Assembly (NCBI GenBank): GCA_963732795.1
Contig: CAVTAV010000003.1
Location: 66,050 to 130,049 of the forward strand
Length of the DNA stretch: 64,000 bases
Direction of reading: 5' to 3'
DNA from: an uncultured Alphaproteobacteria bacterium
Lineage (GTDB): Bacteria; Pseudomonadota; Alphaproteobacteria; CAVTAV01
Each line of letters starts with the position of its first letter. The stretch's first letter is position 1. Below are positions 1 through 9,885 of the stretch, one piece after another. Under the pieces are notes generated by a model, which worked only from the letters and a program-made list of their open reading frames with translations, made no database searches and had not been told where the DNA came from. Made by a program: the position numbers and the translations under genes.

Positions 1-441
1 TGGCCCCTGGTCGATCAAATGAATCCGAGCGCCGATATTCTGGCGCTGTCCTCCACGGAGGTGGATATCGCGGCGGTTGAGACTGGACAGGCGATCACGG
101 TGGTCTGGCGCGGTCAGCCGGTCTTCGTGCGCCACCGCACGCCGGAAGAAATCAAGGAGGCCGAGGACGTCAAGGTTGCCGACCTGCGCGATCCTCAGCC
201 CGACACCGAGCGGGTGATGAAGCCGGAATGGCTGATCGTCCTCGGTGTCTGCACCCATCTCGGTTGCGTTCCGCTCGGCCAGAAACAGGGCGAGAAGCGC
301 GGCGATTATGGCGGATGGTATTGCCCTTGCCACGGATCCGAATACGATACGTCGGGCCGTATCCGTCAGGGGCCGGCCCCGGCGAACTTGCCGGTTCCGC
401 CGTATACCTTCCTCGACGCCACTCACGTACGTATCGGTTAG
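1..441 (+). CDS. petA: Ubiquinol-cytochrome c reductase Rieske iron-sulfur subunit, C-terminal part (5' end lies outside the window)
   Basis: Frame 1 is open from base 1 ([16 protein letters not shown]...). Rieske 2Fe-2S boxes CTHLGCVP and CPCHGSEYD are present. The stop is at 439-441, 12 nt before the cytochrome b start. Confidence 0.93.
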   Translation, partial: WPLVDQMNPSADILALSSTEVDIAAVETGQAITVVWRGQPVFVRHRTPEEIKEAEDVKVADLRDPQPDTERVMKPEWLIVLGVCTHLGCVPLGQKQGEKRGDYGGWYCPCHGSEYDTSGRIRQGPAPANLPVPPYTFLDATHVRIG

Positions 442-453
442 GGGGGCCGCATT

Positions 454-2502
454 ATGGCCACATCAAGCTTCCAGCCGACCAACAAGCTGGTTAAGTGGTT
501 CGACAAGCAACTGCCGATCCTCTCGCTCATTCACGGCTCGGTCGGTCCCGGCTATCCGAGCCCGAAGAACCTGAACTACTGGTGGAATTTCGGATCGCTC
601 GCCGGCTTCTTCCTGGTCGTGCAGATCCTCACCGGCATCATCCTCGCGATGCATTACGTGCCGCAGTCGGACCTCGCGTTCGACAGCGTCGAGCAGCACA
701 TCATGCGCGACGTGAACTACGGCTGGCTGCTGCGCTACATGCACGCCAACGGCGCGTCGATGTTCTTCCTCGTCGTGTATATCCATATTTTCCGCGGCCT
801 CTATTACGGCTCCTACAAGCATCCCCGCGAGGTGCTGTGGTTCCTCGGCCTGATCATCTATCTCCTGATGATGGCGACCGGTTTCATGGGCTATGTGCTG
901 CCGTGGGGCCAGATGAGCTTCTGGGCCGCCAAGGTCATCACCAACCTGTTCTCCTCGATCGACCTCGTGATCCCGGGCGTCGGCACCTCGATCGTGCAGT
1001 GGCTGTGGGGCGGCTTCTCCGTCGGCGAGCCGACGTTGAACCGGTTCTTCAGCCTTCACTATCTGCTGCCGTTCCTGATTGTCGGCGTGGTCATCTTGCA
1101 TATCTGGGCGCTGCACATTCCGGGCTCGAACAATCCCCTCGGCATCGACGTGAAGGGCCCGCAGGACCAGCTTCCGTTCCACCCGTATTACACCGCCAAG
1201 GACATGTTCGGCATCGGCGTCGCGATGATCGTGTTCGCGATCCTGGTGTTCTACGAGCCGAACTTGCTCGGTCATACCGACAACTACATCAAGGCGAATC
1301 CGCTGCAGACGCCGCCGGAGATCGTGCCCGAATGGTATTACCTGCCGTTCTACGCGATTCTGCGATCGATCCCGAACAAGCTTCTCGGCGTGATCGCGCT
1401 GTTCACCTCGATCCTGATCCTGTTCGCCATGCCGTGGCTGGACCGCTCCAAGGTCCGTTCGGCGCGGTTCCGGCCGGTCTACAAGGTGTTCTTCTGGTGC
1501 CTGTTGGTGGACGTGCTGGTGCTCGGCCATATCGGCTCCAAGCCGACCGACACCATCCTGTTCCAGATCGGATCGGTTAAGATCGACTATGTGACCTTCG
1601 GCCAGGTGTTTACCGCTTACTACTTCCTGCATTTCTTCGTGATCGTGCCGCTGGTCGGCATCTTCGAGAAGCCGAAGCCGCTGCCGGAGAGCATCAGCAA
1701 GGCGGTTCTCAAGGCGGGCGGCGCGGCGGCGGTGGCGCTCCTCATGCTGGTCGCCCCCATGACCTCGCACAAGGCGATGGCACAGGAGGACAGCAGCACC
1801 GAGGCCCTGACGCCGCCGAAGCAGCAATGGCCGCATCACGGTCCGTTCGGCCATTACGACCGGGCGGCGGTGCAGCGCGGCTTCCAGGTCTATAAGGAAG
1901 TCTGCCATACGTGCCATTCGCTGAATTACTTCGCGTTCCGCAATCTGGAACAGATCGGCTTCTCCGAGGCCGAGGCCAAGGCAGTCGCGCAGGAGTTCAT
2001 GGTCGAGGACGGGCCGAACGACGACGGCGACATGTTTATGCGCCCGGCGCGGCTGGCCGATCATATGCCGCCGCCTTTCCCGAACGATCAGGCGGCAAAG
2101 GCCGCGAACGGCGGAGCGCTTCCGCCCGATCTCTCGGTCATTATCAAGGCGCGGGAGCATCACGAGGACTATGTCTACGCGCTCCTGACCCATTTCGGGG
2201 AAGAGCCGCCCGCGGGCATGAAGATTCAGGCGGGGCTCAACTACAATCCCTATTTCGCCGGCCGCCAGATCGCGATGCCGCCGCCGCTGCAGCCGGAGCT
2301 CGTCGACTATGCCGACGGCACCACGGCGACGCTCGACCAGGAGGCCCATGACGTGGTGACTTTCCTGGCCTGGATGTCGGAGCCGAAGCTGGAAGCGCGC
2401 CACGAGCTCGGCTTCCGGGTGATGGCGTTCCTGATCGTGTTCACGATCCTGCTGTATTTCACCAAGAAGCGCATCTGGGCGCGGGTGAAGGACAAGGAAT
2501 AG
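454..2502 (+). CDS. fbcH: Fused cytochrome b / cytochrome c1 precursor of the bc1 complex
   Basis: Single 682-aa ORF. The N-terminal ~430 aa are cytochrome b ([38 protein letters not shown]). A hydrophobic signal-like linker follows ([20 protein letters not shown]). The C-terminal part is cytochrome c1 with the heme site CHTCHS and a C-terminal TM anchor. Confidence 0.95.
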   Translation: MATSSFQPTNKLVKWFDKQLPILSLIHGSVGPGYPSPKNLNYWWNFGSLAGFFLVVQILTGIILAMHYVPQSDLAFDSVEQHIMRDVNYGWLLRYMHANGASMFFLVVYIHIFRGLYYGSYKHPREVLWFLGLIIYLLMMATGFMGYVLPWGQMSFWAAKVITNLFSSIDLVIPGVGTSIVQWLWGGFSVGEPTLNRFFSLHYLLPFLIVGVVILHIWALHIPGSNNPLGIDVKGPQDQLPFHPYYTAKDMFGIGVAMIVFAILVFYEPNLLGHTDNYIKANPLQTPPEIVPEWYYLPFYAILRSIPNKLLGVIALFTSILILFAMPWLDRSKVRSARFRPVYKVFFWCLLVDVLVLGHIGSKPTDTILFQIGSVKIDYVTFGQVFTAYYFLHFFVIVPLVGIFEKPKPLPESISKAVLKAGGAAAVALLMLVAPMTSHKAMAQEDSSTEALTPPKQQWPHHGPFGHYDRAAVQRGFQVYKEVCHTCHSLNYFAFRNLEQIGFSEAEAKAVAQEFMVEDGPNDDGDMFMRPARLADHMPPPFPNDQAAKAANGGALPPDLSVIIKAREHHEDYVYALLTHFGEEPPAGMKIQAGLNYNPYFAGRQIAMPPPLQPELVDYADGTTATLDQEAHDVVTFLAWMSEPKLEARHELGFRVMAFLIVFTILLYFTKKRIWARVKDKE

Positions 2503-2563
2503 AGATTTGGGGGCGGGGCGAGTTCCAGCCGACAACGAAAAATGAGCCGGAGCGCCCTGTGAA

Positions 2564-2595
2564 AAGAGCCGCGAGCCTGCGGCTCTTTTCGTTTT
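2564..2595 (+). terminator. Rho-independent terminator candidate downstream of fbcH
   Basis: Perfect 9-bp stem AAGAGCCGC/GCGGCTCTT with a 6-nt loop, followed by TTCGTTTT. It begins 62 nt after the fbcH stop. Confidence 0.6.
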
Positions 2596-2631
2596 AGCCC
2601 TCATGATAAGGAGCGGCGCGGGATTTGAGCC

Positions 2632-3513
2632 ATGACGGTACTCGGGATCATCGGCGGCAGCGGCATCTACCAGATCGACGGGCTCGAGGATGCGCGCTGG
2701 ATCGACGCCGAATCGCCCTTCGGTTCCCCCTCCGACCAATTGCTGACTGGCACGCTGAACGGGCTCGAACTGATCTTCCTGCCGCGCCACGGCCGCGGCC
2801 ATCGCCTGTCGCCCACCGACATCAATTACCGCGCCAATATCGATGCACTGAAGCGGGCCGGCGTCACCGACATCATCTCCTTGAGCGCTTGCGGGTCGTT
2901 CCGCGAAGACCTGCCGCCCGGCATGTTCGTCATCGTCGACCAATTCATCGACCGCACCCATGCGCGGGCGAAATCGTTCTTCGGAACGGGGCTGGTCGCC
3001 CATGTCTCGATGGCCGATCCGGTTTGCGGCCGACTCGGCGACGGCCTCGCCAAAGCGGCTGCCGCGGAGGGCATCGCCCATCGCCGGGGCGGGACCTATC
3101 TCGTGATCGAGGGGCCGCAATTCTCGTCGCGCGCCGAGTTGGAGCTCTACCGCGTCTGGGGTTGCGACCTGATCGGCATGACCAACCTGCCCGAGGCCAA
3201 ATTGGCCCGGGAGGCGGAGATCTGCTACGCCACCGTGGCGATGGTCACGGATTTCGATTGCTGGCATCCGGGCCACGATCAGGTCGAGGTCGCGAGCGTG
3301 ATCAAGGTGCTGTCGGAGAATGCCGAAAAGGCGCGCGGCTTGGTCAAGCGCTTTACCGAAACCTTGGGCGCGCACGGCGAATCCCATCCCTGCAGCCATG
3401 GCTGCGACCGCGCTCTCGACAACGCCCTCATCACTGCGCCGGAGGCTCGGGACCCGGCCATGGCCGCCAAGCTCGACGCGGTCGCCGGGCGGGTGCTCGG
3501 GAAGACGGCATGA
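2632..3513 (+). CDS. mtnP: S-methyl-5'-thioadenosine phosphorylase
   Basis: 293 aa. Motifs LGIIGGSG, FLPRHGRGH, INYRANI and GMTNLPEAKLAREAEICYA are typical of the MTAP/PNP family. Confidence 0.9.
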   Translation: MTVLGIIGGSGIYQIDGLEDARWIDAESPFGSPSDQLLTGTLNGLELIFLPRHGRGHRLSPTDINYRANIDALKRAGVTDIISLSACGSFREDLPPGMFVIVDQFIDRTHARAKSFFGTGLVAHVSMADPVCGRLGDGLAKAAAAEGIAHRRGGTYLVIEGPQFSSRAELELYRVWGCDLIGMTNLPEAKLAREAEICYATVAMVTDFDCWHPGHDQVEVASVIKVLSENAEKARGLVKRFTETLGAHGESHPCSHGCDRALDNALITAPEARDPAMAAKLDAVAGRVLGKTA

Positions 3514-3592
3514 CGCCACGAATTTTGTTCAAGTCACTTGAAGCCGCGCTATAAAGACGCGAGGTAACCAGCGGAGGGGCTGAGGCACGGCC

Positions 3593-4137
3593 ATGGACGA
3601 GAGCATCGAACTGCTGAAACAACGCATCCGGACGATTCCGGATTTCCCTAAGCCCGGCGTGATGTTCCGCGACATCACGACGCTTGCTCGGCGATGCTGG
3701 CGGGTTCCGCAAGGCGGTGGACGAGCTCGTCTATCCCTTCGCGGGGGTGCAGGATCGACAAGGTGGCCGGCATCGAGTCGCGCGGCTTCATCCTCGGCGG
3801 CGCGGTGGCGCATCAGCTCAGCTCGGGCTTCGTGCCGGTGCGCAAGAAGGGCAAGCTGCCGTGGGAGACCATCGGCATCGATTACCAGCTCGAATACGGC
3901 GAGGACCGGCTGGAAATCCATGCCGACGCCATCAAGCCGGGCGACCAGGTGTTGCTGATCGACGATCTCATCGCGACCGGCGGCACGGCAGCGGCGTCGA
4001 TCGAGCTTATCCGCCGCGCGGGCGGCGTCGTGATCGGCTGCTCCTTCGTGATCGACCTCCCGGCGCTCGGCGGCGCGCGGCGAATTGCCGCAATGGGCTG
4101 CAAGGTATTGAAACTTTGCCAGTTCGAGGGCGAATAG
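3593..4137 (+). CDS. apt: Adenine phosphoribosyltransferase; reading frame broken twice as sequenced
   Basis: Three frame segments join into a complete Apt. They are [20 protein letters not shown], then [20 protein letters not shown], then [16 protein letters not shown]...[13 protein letters not shown] (PRPP motif). Breaks lie near 3683 and 3750. The 545-nt span equals 3n+2. Confidence 0.85.
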
Positions 4138-4248
4138 CCGCCGGACGTTGAACCTTTCCGCCGATCATTGTATGAGTTCGCGCCCGCGCGGGCCCGCAGG
4201 GATAAACCTTGCCTTGCGGCGTGCGGCGCTTAGGTAAGGATACGAGTC

Positions 4249-5298
4249 ATGTTCAAACCCGTTGTCGCCATCGTCGGCGCGACCGGTGCGGTCGGCGTCG
4301 AGTTCCTGCACTGCCTCGAAGAGCGGAAGTTTCCGCTGCGCGAGCTGCGCCTCCTGGCGTCCGCGCGCTCGGCCGGCAAGACGATGACGTTCAAGGGCAA
4401 GGAACTGATCGTTCAGGAGCTGACCGAGAAGTCGTTCGAGGGCGTTAATATCGCTTTGTTCTCGGCCGGCGGCTCGATCTCGAAGAAATTCGCGCCGATC
4501 GCGGTCAAGGCGGGTGCGGTGGTGGTCGACAATTCCTCGGCCTTCCGCATGGACCCGGATGTGCCGCTCGTCATTCCCGAGGTGAACCCCGAGGCCGCGC
4601 TTCAGAACAAGGGCATTATCGCGAATCCGAACTGCACCACGATCATCGCGGTCACGCCGCTGTGGCCCCTGCATAAGAAGAACCGTGTCCGACGCCTGAT
4701 CGCCGCGACCTATCAGTCCGCGTCGGGGGCCGGGGCGTCGGCCATGGAGGAGCTGCGCGAATCGACCCGCGCGAGCCTCGAAGGCCGCGACTACCAGAAC
4801 ACGGTCCTGCCGCACCCTTACGCCTTCAACCTCTTTAGCCATAACTCTCCGATGGACCCGGAGAGCGGCTATAACGAAGAAGAGGTCAAGATGGTGCGTG
4901 AAATGCGGAAGATCTATCGCGATCCCGATATCCGCATCGCCGCGACCTGCGTCCGGGTGCCGATCCTGCGCGCCCATGCCGAAGCGCTGACGGTCGAATT
5001 CGAGAACCCGATCACGCCGGAGGAGGTCCGCGAGATTCTGAAGACCGCGCCGGGCGTGAAACTCGTGGACGACCGGGCGAAGAACTATTTCCCCATGCCC
5101 AAGGATTCGACGGGGCAGGGCGACATCCTGGTCGGCCGGATCCGCCGCGACACGAGCGACGATACCGGCCGTTCGATCATGATGTTCGTCTCGGGCGATC
5201 AGCTCCTCAAAGGCGCGGCGCTGAATGCCGTGCAGATTGCGGAGCTCCTCGTCGCGGATGCCGCCGAAAAGACGATCAATCAGGTCGCTTCCGCGTAA
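4249..5298 (+). CDS. asd: Aspartate-semialdehyde dehydrogenase
   Basis: 349 aa. Contains the VGATGAVG dinucleotide fold, the active-site motif IANPNCTT, and QSASGAG. Confidence 0.92.
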   Translation: MFKPVVAIVGATGAVGVEFLHCLEERKFPLRELRLLASARSAGKTMTFKGKELIVQELTEKSFEGVNIALFSAGGSISKKFAPIAVKAGAVVVDNSSAFRMDPDVPLVIPEVNPEAALQNKGIIANPNCTTIIAVTPLWPLHKKNRVRRLIAATYQSASGAGASAMEELRESTRASLEGRDYQNTVLPHPYAFNLFSHNSPMDPESGYNEEEVKMVREMRKIYRDPDIRIAATCVRVPILRAHAEALTVEFENPITPEEVREILKTAPGVKLVDDRAKNYFPMPKDSTGQGDILVGRIRRDTSDDTGRSIMMFVSGDQLLKGAALNAVQIAELLVADAAEKTINQVASA

Positions 5299-5318
5299 CG
5301 ACGGCGGGAGAGGAGCCG

Positions 5319-6419
5319 TCAGGCGTTGAATCTGAACAGCATGACGTCGCCGTCCTCGACCACGTAATCCTTGCCTTCGAGCCGCATCTTGCCGGCGGCC
5401 TTGGCGCCTTGTTCGCCGCCGCAGTCGATATAGTCGTCATAGGAGATCGTCTCGGCGCGGATGAAGCCGCGCTCGAAATCGGTGTGGATGACGCCGGCGG
5501 CCTGAGGCGCGAGCGCGCCGCGGCGCACGGTCCAGGCGCGGGCTTCCTTGGGGCCGGCGGTGAAGAAGGTGATGAGGTCGAGAAGGGCATAGCCGGTGCG
5601 GATGACGCGGGCGAGGCCGGTTTCGCCGAGTCCCAGCCCCTCCAGAAATTCGCGGCGCTCGGCAGGATCGCCGATCTGCGCGATCTCGGCCTCGATCGCC
5701 GCCGAGACGGTCACGCAGCCGGCCCCGTCGCGCTCGGCTTTAGCGGCGACGGCTTCGGAGAACCGGTTGCCCGTGGCGACCGATTCCTCATCCACATTGC
5801 AGACATAAAGCACCTTTTTCGAGGTCAGGAGCTGCATCCCCTTGAGCCGCACGAGATCGTCGCCTTCGAGCCCGGCGGCACGGGCAGGCTTGCCCTCGCG
5901 CAGGGCGTCCAGCACCCGCTCCATTACCGCGAGCTGCGTCTTGGCTTCCTTGTCGCCGCCGCGCGCCTGCTTTACGGCCGCCGCCGCGCGCCGCTCCAGG
6001 CTTTCGAGATCCGCGAGCATCAGCTCGGTTTCGACCGTTTCGGCATCCGCCACCGGATCGATCGACCCCTCGACATGCACAACATCCTCGTTCTCGAAGC
6101 AGCGCAGCACATGGAGGACCGCATCGACCTCGCGGATATGGGCGAGAAACTTGTTGCCGAGCCCTTCGCCCTTCGACGCGCCGCGCACCAGCCCCGCGAT
6201 GTCCACGAAGGCGAGCTGGGTCGGCACGATCCGGGCGGATTTCGCGAGCGCCGCGATCTTGTCGAGCCGCTCGTCCGGCACCGGCACCTGGCCGACATTC
6301 GGCTCGATGGTGCAGAAGGCATAATTCTCCGCGGCAGCCGCGGCCGTCGAGGTCAGCGCGTTGAACAGGGTCGACTTGCCGACATTGGGCAGGCCGATGA
6401 TGCCGCATTTGAAACCCAT
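5319..6419 (-). CDS. ychF: Redox-regulated ATPase YchF
   Basis: 366 aa with the P-loop GLPNVGKSTLFNALT and a YchF-type C-terminus (FIRAETISYDD). Its start overlaps the pth stop (TAATG). Confidence 0.95.
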   Translation of the reverse strand: MGFKCGIIGLPNVGKSTLFNALTSTAAAAAENYAFCTIEPNVGQVPVPDERLDKIAALAKSARIVPTQLAFVDIAGLVRGASKGEGLGNKFLAHIREVDAVLHVLRCFENEDVVHVEGSIDPVADAETVETELMLADLESLERRAAAAVKQARGGDKEAKTQLAVMERVLDALREGKPARAAGLEGDDLVRLKGMQLLTSKKVLYVCNVDEESVATGNRFSEAVAAKAERDGAGCVTVSAAIEAEIAQIGDPAERREFLEGLGLGETGLARVIRTGYALLDLITFFTAGPKEARAWTVRRGALAPQAAGVIHTDFERGFIRAETISYDDYIDCGGEQGAKAAGKMRLEGKDYVVEDGDVMLFRFNA

Positions 6420-7033
6420 TAGGTGGCGGTCCCTTTGTCCTCGGGATTAGGTTCGTGCGGCCGCTGCGGTCGGGTCTTGAGCGCGACCTTGGTCATGAAG
6501 TCCGCGTCGCGACCGGTCACCAGGTCGCCCACCGAATCGGCCACGGCATCGATGAGCGGCTCAAGCCATTCGAGATCGGATTTGGCGAAATCGTGCAGCA
6601 CATAGTGGTGCACCAAATCCTTATGACCCGGATGGCCGACGCCGATCCTGACTCGTTTGAATTCGTTTCCGATGTGGGCGTCGATACTGCGGATGCCGTT
6701 ATGGCCCGCGCTGCCGCCGCCGGTCTTGACCCGGACCTTGTTCGGCTCGAGATCGATCTCGTCATAGAACACGATCACGTGGTCGGCCGGGACCTTGTAG
6801 AAACGGGCCGCTTCCGAGACCGCGCGGCCCGAATCGTTCATATAGGTTTGGGGCCGGACGATCATCACCTTCTCGCCCTCGATCACGCCCTCCGAGACAT
6901 AGGCGTTGAAGCGCTTCTTATAGGGCGGGAGGTTATGGCGGCGGACGATCTGGTCCACCGCCATGAAGCCGACATTGTGCCGGTTTCCCGCATAGGAAGG
7001 TCCGGGATTGCCGAGACCAACAAAGAGCCACAT
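6419..7033 (-). CDS. pth: Peptidyl-tRNA hydrolase
   Basis: 204 aa with LFVGLGNPG...NRHNVGF and GHNGIRSI signatures. Confidence 0.95.
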   Translation of the reverse strand: MWLFVGLGNPGPSYAGNRHNVGFMAVDQIVRRHNLPPYKKRFNAYVSEGVIEGEKVMIVRPQTYMNDSGRAVSEAARFYKVPADHVIVFYDEIDLEPNKVRVKTGGGSAGHNGIRSIDAHIGNEFKRVRIGVGHPGHKDLVHHYVLHDFAKSDLEWLEPLIDAVADSVGDLVTGRDADFMTKVALKTRPQRPHEPNPEDKGTAT

Positions 7034-7093
7034 GTCGATCTCCCAAAGCCGGAAGGGAAGCGCGACGTCCGGTCGAAGACGAAAGCCGGAAGG

Positions 7094-7780
7094 CTATTCC
7101 TTCTTGGCCTCGGCCTTCTCCTCCTCGCCCTCGGCCTCCTCTTCGGCAGCCTCGGCGCCTTCCGCTCCTTCGGCGGCCTCGGCCTCGGCCTCTTCCGGGA
7201 TTTCCTTCTCGCCGGTCGACGGCGCGGCGATCGTGGCGATGGTGAAGTTACGGTCGCGGATTACCGGGGTCACGCCTTCGGGAAGAGCGATGTCGTGGAT
7301 ATGGACGCCGTCGCCGATATCTAGACCGGCGAGATCGACCTCCAGCCGCTCGGGCATCGCGCCCGCCGGACACCACAGCTCGACCTCGTGGCGCACGACG
7401 TTCAGCACGCCGCCGCGCTTCAGGCCGGGGCTTTCCGGCATGCCGGAGAAATGCACCGGCACCTCGATGGCGATCCGGGTATCGGCGCCGACCCGCAAAA
7501 AGTCGACATGGATGATCCGGTCGGTCACCGGATGGGTCTGGACGTCGCGGGGCAGGACCTGTTGGCTCGCGCCCTCGATGTCGACGTTGAACAGCGTATT
7601 CCTGAAGCCGCCCCTGTTGTATTTGATCGTCAGATCGTTGGCGCCCACGCTGATGAGCTCCGGCGGCTGATTGCCGCCGTAGATTACGGCCGGAACCCGG
7701 CCGTCGCGCCGCACCGCCCGGGAGGACCCCTTACCCGCCCGCTCGCGTTTGCTGGCCGCGATCGTTTGAACTTCCGCCAC
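7094..7780 (-). CDS. rplY: 50S ribosomal protein L25 / general stress protein Ctc
   Basis: 228 aa. L25/Ctc N-terminal domain (RAGKGSSRAVRRDGRVPAVIYG) plus an acidic Ala/Glu-rich tail. Confidence 0.92.
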   Translation of the reverse strand: MAEVQTIAASKRERAGKGSSRAVRRDGRVPAVIYGGNQPPELISVGANDLTIKYNRGGFRNTLFNVDIEGASQQVLPRDVQTHPVTDRIIHVDFLRVGADTRIAIEVPVHFSGMPESPGLKRGGVLNVVRHEVELWCPAGAMPERLEVDLAGLDIGDGVHIHDIALPEGVTPVIRDRNFTIATIAAPSTGEKEIPEEAEAEAAEGAEGAEAAEEEAEGEEEKAEAKKE

Positions 7781-7907
7781 GGTTTGTCTCCTTTACATGA
7801 TCGAATTTGCCCGCGCGCCCGCCTCCAGGGGTGCGGCGCGGTCACGGGCAGGGGAGCTTTTAGCGTCTTGGCGTTGAAATTACAATGATTTAGGCGGATC
7901 CGAGCCC

Positions 7908-7980
7908 GTCATTCCCGCGCAAGCGGGAATCCAAAAAACTCTTTGAAATCAGGGAGATTCCCGCTTGCGTGGGAATGACA
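7908..7980. repeat. REP-type palindromic element, family 1 (paired hairpins)
   Basis: GTCATTCCCGCGCAAGCGGGAATCC, a 24-nt spacer, then GATTCCCGCTTGCGTGGGAATGAC. The arms are mutually inverted and each contains a GCGGGA/TCCCGC hairpin. Related copies lie at 22693-22754 and 24578-24646. Confidence 0.85.
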
Positions 7981-8003
7981 ACGCCGAAGCGGCCTGGACA
8001 GTC

Positions 8004-8936
8004 TCAGTCGAACAGGCTCGAGACCGAGGTTTCCTGGCTGATTCGCCGCATGGCTTCGCCGATCAGGGGCGCGATGGAGACGCGGCGGATATTGCTCGAA
8101 ATCCGCACGGCGTCGGTCGCCTCGATACTGTCGGTGATCACCAGGCTTTCGAGCTCGGAGGAGCCGACCCGGGCGACCGCGCCGCCGGAAAGCACGCCGT
8201 GGGTGACACACGCGCTGACCGACTTGGCACCGTGCTTCTTCAGGGCCGCGGCGGCATTGCACAGCGTGCCGGCGGAATCGACGATGTCGTCCACCAGGAT
8301 GCAGGACCGGCCTTCGACGTCGCCGATGATGTTCATGACCTCGGACTCGCCGGCCTTCTCGCGACGCTTGTCCACGATGGCGAGATCGACGCCGAGCCGG
8401 CGGGCATAGCCGCGCGCCCTCACTACGCCGCCGACATCCGGCGAGACGATCATGAGATTGCCGTTGGTGAAGTGTTCCTTGATGTCGTCGACCAGGGGCG
8501 GGGCGGCGTAGAGATTGTCGGTTGGGATGTCGAAGAAGCCCTGAATCTGGCCGGCATGGAGGTCCATGGTGAGCACACGGTTCGCGCCCGCTGTGGTGAT
8601 GAGATTGGCGACCAGCTTTGCCGAGATCGGCGTGCGCGGACCGGGTTTGCGGTCCTGGCGGGCATAGCCGAAATAGGGGATCACGGCGGTGATGCGCTTG
8701 GCCGAGGCGCGCCTGAGCGCGTCGATGCAGACCAGAAGCTCCATCAGGTGGTCGTTGGCCGGATAGGACGTCGATTGGATCACGAAGACGTCCTCGCCAC
8801 GGACGTTCTCGTGGATCTCGACAAAGACCTCCATGTCCGAGAATCGGCGGACGCTGGCCTTGGTGAGCGGCAGATTGAGATAGGCGGCAATCGCCTCGGC
8901 AAGCGGGCGGTTGCTGTTGCCCATCAGGACTTTCAT
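8004..8936 (-). CDS. prs: Ribose-phosphate pyrophosphokinase
   Basis: 310 aa with [11 protein letters not shown] and the PRPP-binding motif [12 protein letters not shown]. Confidence 0.95.
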   Translation of the reverse strand: MKVLMGNSNRPLAEAIAAYLNLPLTKASVRRFSDMEVFVEIHENVRGEDVFVIQSTSYPANDHLMELLVCIDALRRASAKRITAVIPYFGYARQDRKPGPRTPISAKLVANLITTAGANRVLTMDLHAGQIQGFFDIPTDNLYAAPPLVDDIKEHFTNGNLMIVSPDVGGVVRARGYARRLGVDLAIVDKRREKAGESEVMNIIGDVEGRSCILVDDIVDSAGTLCNAAAALKKHGAKSVSACVTHGVLSGGAVARVGSSELESLVITDSIEATDAVRISSNIRRVSIAPLIGEAMRRISQETSVSSLFD

Positions 8937-9105
8937 GGAATTGCCCTCCGCCCCTCTAGCGGGCCCCGCAAACGCCTTACGAGCCCTGACGCCGCCGGTT
9001 TTAACAAGGGGTCACACGACTGTAAACTGGTTCGGTCATTCTGATTCGTTCGGCCCGCGAAGCTTTTGAATTCATTGATATTCAAGCGATTCGGGGGCTG
9101 ACGGC

Positions 9106-9885
9106 TCATGCCGCGATCGCGATCGCCGAGAGCAGTCGGCCATAGTCCGATTCTCGCCGATGGGTGGTGCGGCGGTAGCTGAAGCAAAGCTCTTCCGAGC
9201 CATAGGTGTCGATAGCGGCCTCGCGGGAGGCGGCGATGCCGGCTTTGGCCAACCGTTCGCTGACGTAATCCTGGAGGTCGAATTGCCAATGGCCATCCCG
9301 GTCGGAGGGACCGAAAAAGCGGGCGTTTGCCGCATCGGCGGCTTCGAAAGTCGCCCGGAATTCGGGACCCACCTCGTAGGACTCCTTGGCGATCGACGGG
9401 CCGATGGCCGCGGCGATGCGCTGCCGATCCGCGCCGAGCGTCTCCATCGCCGCGACCGTCGCTTCAAGCACGCCCGCCAGCGCGCCTTTCCAGCCGGCGT
9501 GAGCCGCGCCCACCACATTGGCCTGGTCGTCCGCCAAGAGTACCGGGACGCAATCCGCCGTCAGAATGCCGAGCGCGATCCCGGGCTCGCGGGTCACCAT
9601 GGCGTCGGCCTCGGGCGCCGCATCGCGCCGCCAAGGCCGTGTGACCGTCACCACGCGCGGGCTGTGGATTTGATAGACCGTGCACAGCGCCTCGGGTGGG
9701 AGATCGAGCGCGGCGGCGGCGCGGGCGCGGTTCTCGGCGACGGCTTTGGGGTCGTCGGACGAGCCTAAGCCGCAATTGAGCCCGGCATAGATTCCGGTGG
9801 AGACGCCGCCCCGGCGCGAGAAGAAGCCATGGCGAATGGCACCTCGCTGCAGATTGGAGGCGCGGAGAATCTCGAGATCGGTCAT
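9106..9885 (-). CDS. pgeF: Peptidoglycan editing factor / laccase-domain protein (YfiH family)
   Basis: The internal ATG at 9885 (MTDLEILRAS...) gives 259 aa with TADCVPVLL and AHAGWKG. The remainder of the 408-aa ORF is an Arg-rich overlap with the upstream gene. There is an ATGA overlap with the upstream stop. Confidence 0.88.
   Translation of the reverse strand: MTDLEILRASNLQRGAIRHGFFSRRGGVSTGIYAGLNCGLGSSDDPKAVAENRARAAAALDLPPEALCTVYQIHSPRVVTVTRPWRRDAAPEADAMVTREPGIALGILTADCVPVLLADDQANVVGAAHAGWKGALAGVLEATVAAMETLGADRQRIAAAIGPSIAKESYEVGPEFRATFEAADAANARFFGPSDRDGHWQFDLQDYVSERLAKAGIAASREAAIDTYGSEELCFSYRRTTHRRESDYGRLLSAIAIAA

Noticed and set aside
463-3519. 1018-aa ORF on the minus strand spanning fbcH and mtnP
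   Set aside because: It is antisense to two unmistakable genes. Its composition is Arg/Ala/Gly/His-rich and typical of shadow ORFs in high-G+C DNA, and it has no recognisable motifs.
3593-4137. Programmed ribosomal frameshifting or recoding as the explanation for split genes (apt, MidA-like, tuf, rpoB and others)
   Set aside because: There are no slippery heptamers or stimulatory structures at the junctions. The breaks occur at arbitrary conserved positions, several per gene, and include rpoB and tuf. The length arithmetic fits random single-base insertions.
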